Shown here: positions 1 to 7,855 of the stretch, in pieces
Layout of the letters: each line of letters starts with the position of its first letter
Position numbering within the stretch: position 1 is the stretch's first letter
NCBI GenBank assembly: GCA_041662585.1
Contig: JBAZSG010000006.1
Location: forward strand, 4,155-68,154
Origin: Patescibacteria group bacterium
GTDB taxonomy: Bacteria; Patescibacteriota; Patescibacteriia; UBA1558; GWA2-36-10
DNA: 64,000 nucleotides
Reading direction: 5' to 3'
Notes under the pieces: model-generated
The model's input: the letters and a program-made list of their open reading frames with translations, nothing else
The model's database searches: none
What the model was told of the DNA's origin: nothing
Made by a program: the position numbers and the translations under genes

Positions 1-588
1 ACGCCAGCTTTCAAAAACTATCATGGCTTTCCAGCCGCTTTATGTGTATCTATAAACGAAGCAGTAGTACATGGCATTCCGACAGCTGAGCCTTTGCAAG
101 AAGGAGATTTAGTGGGTATTGATTTAGGGATTAAATATAAGGGTTTTTATACCGATACAGCTATGACAGTGGGAGTTGGTAAGATTAGTCCTGAGTCAGA
201 ACAATTGCTTAAAATAACCAAACAGTCATTGTATATAGCTATAGATCAATTAAAAATTGGAGGATATATATCAGACATTGGTAAGGTCATAGAAAAATTT
301 ATCAAGCCTTATGGTTATGGCATAGTTAGAGATTTGGCTGGGCATGGGGTCGGACGAAAAGTACATGAAGAACCCAGTGTACCAAATTATTATCAAGGTA
401 GAAAATCAGTTCAGATTTTTGATGGTATGGTTATTGCTATTGAGCCGATGCTTATCATGGGTGGTGACTGGAGAGTAAAAACTAGAGATAACAAGTGGGA
501 TGTAATATCAAATGATGGTAGTGCGACGGCTCATTTTGAGCATTCAGTAGCCATTACCAAAGACGGAAATATTATTTTGACAGAGTAA
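1..588 (+). CDS. map: methionine aminopeptidase type I, C-terminal portion (5' end lies outside window)
   Basis: Frame of ORF 94..588 is open back to nt 1; translation carries MetAP-I pita-bread hallmarks (..LAGHGVGRKVHEEP.., ..IAIEPM.., ..TAHFEHSV..). Confidence 0.8.
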   Translation, partial: TPAFKNYHGFPAALCVSINEAVVHGIPTAEPLQEGDLVGIDLGIKYKGFYTDTAMTVGVGKISPESEQLLKITKQSLYIAIDQLKIGGYISDIGKVIEKFIKPYGYGIVRDLAGHGVGRKVHEEPSVPNYYQGRKSVQIFDGMVIAIEPMLIMGGDWRVKTRDNKWDVISNDGSATAHFEHSVAITKDGNIILTE

Positions 589-687
589 TTTTAATTATTA
601 TTGCGATTATTCTACGCTAGATGCGAATTTGCTTTAGCAACGGAGCAGTCAGCGTAGAATAGGAGCAATTAATATAATTGATCTAGT

Positions 688-1071
688 ATGAATAAAAAAT
701 ATTTGGGTATTGATTATGGTGACAAGAGGATTGGTCTTGCTTTAGCTGAAGGCAAAGGACCAGCTTTGCCATTTAAAGTAATAGCCAATGACAAAGATTT
801 TTTAAAAAATATCAAAGAGATTATTGTACAAGAATATATTAGTGATATTGTAGTTGGTTTGCCCAATAGTTTTTCCGGAGAAGAAAATGAAAGATTTATT
901 TTAACCAAAAATTTTATTGAGCACTTACAGCGTGATTTAGCTATCAATATAGCTACAGTTGATGAGCAGTTGACTTCCAAACTTTATGAAAAAATGGGAG
1001 TAAGTAAAGATATAGACAAGTATGCTGCTACAGCTATTTTAGATACTTATTTGATTCAAAATGATTTATAA
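688..1071 (+). CDS. ruvX: YqgF/RuvX-family putative Holliday junction resolvase / pre-16S rRNA nuclease
   Basis: 127 aa; N-terminal 'YLGIDYGDKRIGLALAE' matches the YqgF RNase H-like signature. Confidence 0.8.
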   Translation: MNKKYLGIDYGDKRIGLALAEGKGPALPFKVIANDKDFLKNIKEIIVQEYISDIVVGLPNSFSGEENERFILTKNFIEHLQRDLAINIATVDEQLTSKLYEKMGVSKDIDKYAATAILDTYLIQNDL

Positions 1072-2146
1072 TTTACCAAAATTTATTTTTGTTTTTATTT
1101 TAGCATTTTTTTTATCTTTAATTTTTTCAAAAATAATTATTTATGTGGCTCGCAAATTGAATATTTTGGACAGACCTAGTCAAGAAAGAAAGATACACAA
1201 ACAACCCACTCCACTCTTAGGAGGTTTGGCTATTTATACTGCTTTTTTGTTTACGATTTTGATTTTGTGGCAGGGCAAATTATTGTTGGATGGTCGGGTG
1301 GATATGGAGCTAATAGCTTGGTTTTTGCTCGGAGGCTTGATTTTGATGATCAATGGGTATTTAGATGATAAATACTCTCTACAGCCTTATATTAGCATTT
1401 TGGGGCCTATTTTGGCTTCTTTAATAGTGATTTGTGGTGGTTTAAAGATTGCTTATATTAGCAATCCAGCTGGTGGAATTTTATATTTAGATAGTATATT
1501 TGGTTGGGATTTTATAGCTATTATACTTACTTTTTTGTGGTTATTGGGCATTACTTATACAACCAAGCTTTTAGATGGTATAGATGGTCTTAGTTCTAGT
1601 ATTGGACTTATAGCTTCTTTGATTATTTTTGGCGTTAGTTTAAATTGGGATGTAGTGGGATCTAGTACATCCCTTTTATCTTTGGCTTTAGCTGGATCAA
1701 TATTTGGTTTTTTGATGTTCAATTGGTATCCAGCCAAAGTATTTTTGGGAGAGGGAGGCAGTACTTTTATTGGTTTTGCTTTGGGAGTGCTGTCTATTAT
1801 TTCTGGTTCCAAAATTGCTACAGCACTTTTGGTAATGGGTTTGCCGGTTTTGGATATTTTTTGGGTGATTATAAAAAGAGTGAGATTGGGCAAGGCCATT
1901 TGGCACGGTGATCAAGAACATTTACATTTTAGAATGTTACGCAGTGGTTTTTCACAAAAGCAAATAGTATTTTTTCTCTCAGCAGTATCTTTGCTTTTTG
2001 GAGCAATATCTATATTTTTTACTACCAAAATAAAAATAGGCGCTTTAATAATAGTTTTTGTTTTGATGTTTGCACTTAGTGCTTGGCTTAATTATCGCTT
2101 ATCCGCCAAAGGCGGAGTAAACAAAGAAAAGCATGCAGAAATATAA
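1061..2146 (+). CDS. glycosyltransferase family 4 (MraY/WecA-type) polyprenyl-phosphate sugar-1-phosphate transferase
   Basis: 361 aa polytopic membrane protein with the MraY/WecA 'LLDGIDGL' and 'DD' motifs; cannot distinguish MraY from WecA/TagO by eye. Confidence 0.65.
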   Translation: MIYNLPKFIFVFILAFFLSLIFSKIIIYVARKLNILDRPSQERKIHKQPTPLLGGLAIYTAFLFTILILWQGKLLLDGRVDMELIAWFLLGGLILMINGYLDDKYSLQPYISILGPILASLIVICGGLKIAYISNPAGGILYLDSIFGWDFIAIILTFLWLLGITYTTKLLDGIDGLSSSIGLIASLIIFGVSLNWDVVGSSTSLLSLALAGSIFGFLMFNWYPAKVFLGEGGSTFIGFALGVLSIISGSKIATALLVMGLPVLDIFWVIIKRVRLGKAIWHGDQEHLHFRMLRSGFSQKQIVFFLSAVSLLFGAISIFFTTKIKIGALIIVFVLMFALSAWLNYRLSAKGGVNKEKHAEI

Positions 2147-2597
2147 ATTTATTATAATTTTTTTTATAGTTATAGCTGCGTTACTTTATGTAGCTTATTA
2201 TAATCTTAGTTATTTTAATACCCAAGTATCAGTCGTAGAAATTAAGGGACACAATTTTGATACCGATGTTGTACAAAGTTTTGCAGATATAGAGCGTGGT
2301 TTATCTGGTCGAGCCAGTATGGACGATAATCAAGCTATGTTGTTTGTTTTTCCTGACAAACAAAAGCGTACTTTTTGGATGAAGGAAATGAATTTTGCTA
2401 TTGATTTGTTGTGGATAGATGGTCAGCAAATTGTTGCTTATGAAAAAAATATGTTGGCTCCAGTCAAAGATTTGTCTATTAGCGAATTACCAAGATATAC
2501 TTCGCCACAACCGGTAGATAAAGTTTTAGAAATTCAAGCTGGATTAATTGATAGTTTAGATATAAAAATAGGGGATAATATTAATATAAATATATGA
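2133..2597 (+). CDS. DUF192 (COG1430)-family protein with N-terminal membrane anchor
   Basis: 'MLFVFPDKQKRTFWMKEMNFAIDLLWIDG' resembles the DUF192 core; TGA stop overlaps the next start (ATGA). Confidence 0.55.
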   Translation: MQKYKFIIIFFIVIAALLYVAYYNLSYFNTQVSVVEIKGHNFDTDVVQSFADIERGLSGRASMDDNQAMLFVFPDKQKRTFWMKEMNFAIDLLWIDGQQIVAYEKNMLAPVKDLSISELPRYTSPQPVDKVLEIQAGLIDSLDIKIGDNININI

Positions 2598-2911
2598 CAA
2601 AAGAACGTTGGAAAGAGCTCAGAGCCAATGTCAAAGAAAATTTTGGTATAGAGGATGAATATGAAGAAGATTTGGAACCAGGCATAGCCGAAGTCATTCA
2701 ATTTACTGGAGCTGAAGGAAAAACGTTGATGCGTTTTGTTACCAAACCAAAAGTATTGGACAAAAAAACCAGTTTTTCTCATCGAGCTGGTTCTGATGTA
2801 AAGGTAGAATATGTTTATTCAGAAGATGAAACAAGTTCTTATTTGGAAATTTATACTTGGTCAGTAGACAAAGATGATTGGGTAAAACTAGACGTAGAGG
2901 AGAGATTTTAG
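2594..2911 (+). CDS. hypothetical acidic protein
   Basis: 105-aa ORF translationally coupled to the upstream gene (ATGA overlap); no recognisable motif. Confidence 0.4.
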   Translation: MTKERWKELRANVKENFGIEDEYEEDLEPGIAEVIQFTGAEGKTLMRFVTKPKVLDKKTSFSHRAGSDVKVEYVYSEDETSSYLEIYTWSVDKDDWVKLDVEERF

Positions 2912-2925
2912 TTATAATATAGATT

Positions 2926-3354
2926 ATGAATCAAACAAGAAATATTTTATTTTTGGTGCTAGCATTTATGATAGTTGGTTTAGTGACTATATTTTTTACT
3001 CATGAAGCTAAAAAAACAGACTATACCACAGTACAAGAAGATTATATAAAAGAGATAGAGCCATGGATTGATTCTGTATTGCTGGATCAATCACCAGCCA
3101 ATATAGCAATTATAAAAAATAATTTTTTAAATTTTCATAGTGCAGATCGTTCTATAGGTTCAGCTCATATTGCTTTATTTTTGGCCTTTGATGCTTGGGA
3201 GAGATTTTATTTAACTGGTGACCAAGTGGTCAGAGAACAGTCTATCAAACATTTTTCTACAGCTCTTGGGTTATTACCAGATTTGAGTGATAAAATAGAT
3301 AATTTGATAAGCATTATTCAAGCAGAAAGTAATTATAAACTAGAAATAGAATGA
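2926..3354 (+). CDS. hypothetical protein, single N-terminal TM helix
   Basis: 142-aa ORF with hydrophobic N-terminus (ILFLVLAFMIVGLVTIFF); no motif recognised. Confidence 0.4.
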   Translation: MNQTRNILFLVLAFMIVGLVTIFFTHEAKKTDYTTVQEDYIKEIEPWIDSVLLDQSPANIAIIKNNFLNFHSADRSIGSAHIALFLAFDAWERFYLTGDQVVREQSIKHFSTALGLLPDLSDKIDNLISIIQAESNYKLEIE

Positions 3355-4076
3355 TTAAATATTTAACAATATTTATTAACCCTCTTATATTATTACTTGG
3401 CTTTTGGTCTTTATTTTATAGCCAAAAGGCTATTCATTATTGGCTTATTATTATAGCCATATTGCTTATATTATTGTCTGGTCGTATTGTAGCTAAAAAT
3501 AAATTTTGGAAGTTTAAAGTTTTGTGGCTTAATTTAATTTTTGTATATATTTCGCAATTATTATTTTTTCTTTTATTAATATCTGGCGACCTCAGATATA
3601 TTTTATCTTTCGTCTTATCTTTATCTTGGGTTTTGATTTGGTGGCTGATATTCAAATATTTTGAAAATACAAATAATATAGAAAGTAGCAATTATTTAGC
3701 TGTTAATAAGTTTTTTTATTATATTGGTTTTTGGTTTTTAGCCACTAGTGCTTATGCTTTGGTTATATTTTTACACTTTCCATTGCTGTATACTTATTTA
3801 GTATTGATTATAGTGACATTTTTTTGGGCCTTGGATATTATCAGGGCCAGAGATGATCTGGCTTGGCCTTATTTGCTTTTTTCTTTGTTTTTACTTAGTC
3901 AAATCATGGCAGTGGTCTATTTATTGCCACTAAGTTTTTATGTGGCAGGGACTATTGCAACTTTGTGGTTTTTCTTTATAATAGATAATACAGCCAATAC
4001 CTTAAAATCCTTTAGATTGTATTTAAGCTTGTTTTTATTGACTGTTTTGCTAGTATTAATCACAGCGATATTATAA
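3351..4076 (+). CDS. hypothetical polytopic membrane protein
   Basis: 241 aa, at least 6 predicted TM segments, Trp/Phe/Leu-rich; overlaps the upstream stop (ATGA). Confidence 0.4.
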   Translation: MIKYLTIFINPLILLLGFWSLFYSQKAIHYWLIIIAILLILLSGRIVAKNKFWKFKVLWLNLIFVYISQLLFFLLLISGDLRYILSFVLSLSWVLIWWLIFKYFENTNNIESSNYLAVNKFFYYIGFWFLATSAYALVIFLHFPLLYTYLVLIIVTFFWALDIIRARDDLAWPYLLFSLFLLSQIMAVVYLLPLSFYVAGTIATLWFFFIIDNTANTLKSFRLYLSLFLLTVLLVLITAIL

Positions 4077-4104
4077 TTTAACCCCCCCTGTATTATATAA
4101 TTAT

Positions 4105-5190
4105 ATGGATGAAAAACATCAACATTTTGCCAGACCGACCACAGAAAGGCCACCATCTATGTTCAATTTGACTATTTGGACTATTTTTGTTGGACTTGTA
4201 GCTGGTTTTGGAGGTTATTTATTGGGTAATTATTTATTACCTGGTGATAGTGCCAATTATTTTAATATCAACAATCCAGACAGAACTGTAAAAGTCAACA
4301 TTGAACAACCATTGATCAATGTAAGTAATAAATATCACAATACAATAGCTGGTGTATATAAACCATCGTTGGCTGTAGCGGCTGTAGGACAATCTTTATT
4401 TTCCAAAGATGATTTTTTGGGATCGGCTGTAGTAGTCACCTCTGATGGCTGGCTCATGACTACCAATCAAGTAACTACCAGTGATAATGTCAGTATAGTC
4501 TTGGGCGACAAAATATATAAAGCAAGTAATTTGGTTCAAGATTTATTTAGTGGCGTGGTGTTTTTAAAAATAGATGAAAATTCTTTGCAACCAGTAAATT
4601 TTCAATTAATTGATAATTTTAAAACAGGGGAGACGCTATTTACCAGTATAGATTTGGTCAATACTTATGAACATTCTTTTAAGGCTACTTATTTGAGTAA
4701 TCCTCATTATTCGGTCAATAAATATTTATTTACCGATACTATAGATTATTATATTGATATTACAGATACGCAGGTTAGTCTAGGAGCTCCATATTTTAAT
4801 TTGGATGGCAATTTGATTGGTTTGGCTTATAATGTAAACAATGACACAGTACTTTTACCTTCAGAATATATAAAGCAAGCAGTCAAGCATTTATTAAACA
4901 ACACCGAGCGTTCAAAATTGGGTCTTAGATATGTAGATATGGAAAATAATAGTGGCTTTTCTAGCAAAGGAAATTTGGTTTACAATCCACAGTATGCAGC
5001 TATAGTTTACAATTCACCAGCTTATAAAGCAGGCTTAAAGTCTGGTGATCAGATAGTCGCCATAAACAACGATGTTGTATCTAGCTATAGAACACTTACT
5101 TCAATATTGCAAGATTATAGACCAGGCGACACTATTGTTGTCAAAATTTTGCGTGAAAACACAGAGCAGGATATTGAAGTGACTCTTTAA
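4105..5190 (+). CDS. HtrA/DegS-like trypsin-fold protein with C-terminal PDZ domain, membrane-anchored, catalytic residues apparently substituted
   Basis: N-terminal TM segment, S1C-like core ('GSAVVVTSDGWLMTTNQV', '..LGAPYFNLDGNLIGLAY') and PDZ-like C-terminus ('GLKSGDQIVAINNDVV..GDTIVVKILR'). The canonical His ('TNxHV') reads Q and the 'GNSGGP' Ser reads L. Confidence 0.55.
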   Translation: MDEKHQHFARPTTERPPSMFNLTIWTIFVGLVAGFGGYLLGNYLLPGDSANYFNINNPDRTVKVNIEQPLINVSNKYHNTIAGVYKPSLAVAAVGQSLFSKDDFLGSAVVVTSDGWLMTTNQVTTSDNVSIVLGDKIYKASNLVQDLFSGVVFLKIDENSLQPVNFQLIDNFKTGETLFTSIDLVNTYEHSFKATYLSNPHYSVNKYLFTDTIDYYIDITDTQVSLGAPYFNLDGNLIGLAYNVNNDTVLLPSEYIKQAVKHLLNNTERSKLGLRYVDMENNSGFSSKGNLVYNPQYAAIVYNSPAYKAGLKSGDQIVAINNDVVSSYRTLTSILQDYRPGDTIVVKILRENTEQDIEVTL

Positions 5191-5394
5191 ATACACCATA
5201 TTAAGGAGAACTTAAGGGGGTTTTCAATCTTTACAGAGGCCTTTAAAAATGTTATAATCTGTAAGATTTTAATAAATAAAAATCTTTATCAAAAATAAAG
5301 AAACCTAATATATGCTGAACTGTTAATTTATTTGCTAATATTAGCCAATAAATTAGCTAAAATCTAAACCCAATCGTGCGCTTATTTTAGTGTA

Positions 5395-5976
5395 ATGTTT
5401 TGGGTATTTTTTACGTCTATATATATGAAGAGTATAAAAGGTAATTTACAAGAAAGAATAGCTTTTTTAAAGCTTAGATCAGGAGATTCTGATGCTTTTG
5501 CCTTTTTTTATGATAAATATGTTAAAAGTATTTATCGTTTCGTATATATCAGGGTAGGAAGCAAGCAAGTTGCTGAAGATTTGACTCAAGATATTTTTCT
5601 CAAGATTTGGCAACATTTGGTAGATAAAAAGCATGTCAAAAGTTTTCAGGCTTTTATATTCCGTATAGCTCGCAACACAGTGGTGGATCACTATAGATAT
5701 TCCAAACAAGAACTGCCACTAGAGTATATGCCAGAGTCAGTTGAAATGATAGAAGGCGTGATATTGTCCAGTGACAAAAATATTGATGCTGACATATTGC
5801 TCAAAGAAATAGGCAAATTAAAATCAGAATATCAAGAAGTATTATTACTCAAATATGTTGAAGACATGTCAATAGAAGATATAGCACATGTCATGAGTAA
5901 AGATAAAAATAATATTAGAGTTACTATTCACAGAGCTCTAAATAAATTAAAAACAATTACCAAAGGTAAAAAATAA
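5395..5976 (+). CDS. RNA polymerase sigma-70 family, ECF subfamily sigma factor
   Basis: Region-2-like 'DLTQDIFLKIWQHL' and region-4 HTH 'SIEDIAHVMSKDKNNIRVTIHRALNKLK'; true start may be the internal Met at 5425. Confidence 0.8.
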   Translation: MFWVFFTSIYMKSIKGNLQERIAFLKLRSGDSDAFAFFYDKYVKSIYRFVYIRVGSKQVAEDLTQDIFLKIWQHLVDKKHVKSFQAFIFRIARNTVVDHYRYSKQELPLEYMPESVEMIEGVILSSDKNIDADILLKEIGKLKSEYQEVLLLKYVEDMSIEDIAHVMSKDKNNIRVTIHRALNKLKTITKGKK

Positions 5977-5991
5977 TCGCGTAATAAACTC

Positions 5992-7428
5992 ATGAGTAGT
6001 TTAATAAAAAATATTTCTCGTATCAAAAATCTGGAAAGTGTACAACCAGACAGAAGATGGGAGAAAACAACCAAATTTGATCTATTGGATGAAATATCAT
6101 CTCAAAATAGACTGATGCAAGCCTACAAATTATCAACCTCCCAAAAGGTAGATCTTTTTGTGATGCGTTTTTTCAATCGCGTTGCTCCATCAATGTCCAA
6201 AGTTTTGGCAACATTTTTGGTATTTATGATGTTTTTTGGCGTAAATATGGCTGCTCAGGCTTCTGTACCAGGTGAAACATTGTGGCCAGTAAAGAGATCT
6301 ATTGAAGAAGCAGAAATATCTCTTACTTTTAGTCCAGTCAAAAAGACAGAAGTCCACATAAAACATGTCAATGAAAGGTTAGATGAAATTGATAAAATTT
6401 TAGAACCAGCTGTCAATGTAGAACCAGCTGTCAAAGAACAAAAAAATAAAGCTATTAAACAAGCTATTACTCATTTAGAAAAAGATGTTACTTCTGTTGA
6501 TAGCTCACTCAAGATTGTAAAAAGTGAAAAAGAAGCTTTGGAAGTAGTAGAACTAGTCAAAAAAGTGACTGATGCTACCAAAGAAGTAGATAATAAATTA
6601 AGCGAAAAAAAGCTAACAGCTAAAAATATTGATAATCAAGCACTGGACGAAGCCTTGACTCAAGCCAAAGTATTGAATAAACAAGTTAAGAAAGCGGCTG
6701 TAGCTGTAGCCATTGAAGTACACGAAGAATTACAAAAAACAACTGAAGATAAGGCTGCTTCACTAGTAGTCAAGACTACTAGTACGCCTAGTGAAATATC
6801 TGAGATTAGTAAGGTAGGACCTTTTGAAACAAGTACTACAGATATAGTAGACAAGGGAGCTAGTAAAGAATTATCTTCAGAAGAAGTAGCCACTATCAAT
6901 AATATAGTCAAAGAAATCTTAGTCTCAGAAATAGCTGATCTTTCAGCTGAAGTAAAAGATGTCAAACAAAAAGTAGAAATAGTCAATTCAGAAGCTTTAA
7001 AGGCTATAACTAAAGATGCTTTAGGAGAAAAAGATAAAACAAAAATCATCAGCTCTGAGCTAGATGAAATAGAGATAATAAAAAAAGAAAGTTCGGAAGA
7101 TAGTGAAGTAGTATTGACCGAAGCCAAAGTATTGTTAGACAGTGGAATGTTTAAAGATGCTTTTGAAAAAGTATCTGAGGCCAATGAAAAATATCAAAAA
7201 GCCGAAGTGACTTTGGAAAAGATTGGTCAGGCTATCAAAGTAAATGAAGCTAGTGATGCAGCTGCCAAAGCTCTTGAAAATCAAAAACCACCTGTTGTTG
7301 AATTGCCAATTAGTACTACTACCACTTCTACAATAGAAAAAACACCTGATATTGAAATCATAAAATCTTCTGCTATTGATATCAAGGATACTGAAATAAT
7401 CAAAGAATCAGAAGAAGTGACAAAATAA
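5992..7428 (+). CDS. DUF5667-type putative anti-sigma factor: single-pass membrane protein with long acidic coiled-coil ectodomain
   Basis: Immediately downstream of the ECF sigma gene; TM helix (VLATFLVFMMFFGVNMAA) followed by 'PGETLWPVKRSIEEAE', which resembles the DUF5667 motif; remainder is E/K-rich. Confidence 0.5.
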   Translation: MSSLIKNISRIKNLESVQPDRRWEKTTKFDLLDEISSQNRLMQAYKLSTSQKVDLFVMRFFNRVAPSMSKVLATFLVFMMFFGVNMAAQASVPGETLWPVKRSIEEAEISLTFSPVKKTEVHIKHVNERLDEIDKILEPAVNVEPAVKEQKNKAIKQAITHLEKDVTSVDSSLKIVKSEKEALEVVELVKKVTDATKEVDNKLSEKKLTAKNIDNQALDEALTQAKVLNKQVKKAAVAVAIEVHEELQKTTEDKAASLVVKTTSTPSEISEISKVGPFETSTTDIVDKGASKELSSEEVATINNIVKEILVSEIADLSAEVKDVKQKVEIVNSEALKAITKDALGEKDKTKIISSELDEIEIIKKESSEDSEVVLTEAKVLLDSGMFKDAFEKVSEANEKYQKAEVTLEKIGQAIKVNEASDAAAKALENQKPPVVELPISTTTTSTIEKTPDIEIIKSSAIDIKDTEIIKESEEVTK

Positions 7429-7855
7429 ATAAAATTTTTATAGTTCATTTTAATAATTAATTTATAATCCCATCGCGACGTGGCTGATTTAGTCCATCAG
7501 GGGCGTCATATAGTCTGAGGATATTTAGTTTTTGTTCCCATGCACGAATGAAAACTAGTATCCCTAGATTATCGCCTAATCGCGCGCGAAATAGGGATTA
7601 GTTTATAACTTGCTATAGAGGGTTATAAACACAACACTCTTGTCGTTGGGCCCTGCCCGGCACAAGATTTTAATTAACGTTCCTAGACAATCTATTTTTT
7701 CAGATGGATTTGTGAGCCTATTTATTTAGTTAACCAGAAAGGTCGGCATGGCAATGCCGTGGGTGCTAGATATAATAGTCTGAGCCTCCATATGGTGGAG
7801 ACGTTTGCAAATTGTCTTATTAAATAATGTTTAGAGAACTTTTAAAACCGAACAA
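7429..7855 (+). other. GC-enriched structured intergenic region: candidate long 5' leader or unclassified ncRNA upstream of the S-layer-like gene
   Basis: 427 bp with no ORF; contains several strong hairpins (ATCCCTA..TAGGGAT 7560-7600; GTTTATAAC..GTTATAAAC 7601-7630; GGCAT-GGCA-ATGCC 7746-7759; CTCCA..TGGAG 7785-7799) and a TATAAT at 7771-7776. Confidence 0.3.

Noticed and set aside
2594-2597. Possibility of a recoded genetic code (UGA as sense, as in some CPR lineages)
   Set aside because: Well-conserved genes (dnaK, dnaJ, pilB, the ABC ATPase) have full-length ORFs under the standard code. TGA is used as a terminator, for example in the ATGA stop/start overlaps at 2594-2597 and 3351-3354. 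Translation table 11 is appropriate.
5395-5427. First 10 codons (MFWVFFTSIY) of the ECF sigma ORF
   Set aside because: Possibly not translated; the internal Met at 5425 (MKSIKGNLQER...) is an equally good start. The difference is minor, so the track coordinates are kept with a note.
7429-7855. Specific identification of the structured intergenic region as RNase P RNA, tmRNA, SRP RNA or a riboswitch
   Set aside because: By eye I could not find the RNase P P4 strands (AGGAAAGUCCGGGCU / ACAGAACCCGGCUUA), a tmRNA tRNA-like 3' end (GGUUCGAxUCC...CCA) with a tag reading frame, or the SRP domain IV motif. It is left as an unclassified structured region pending a covariance-model search.
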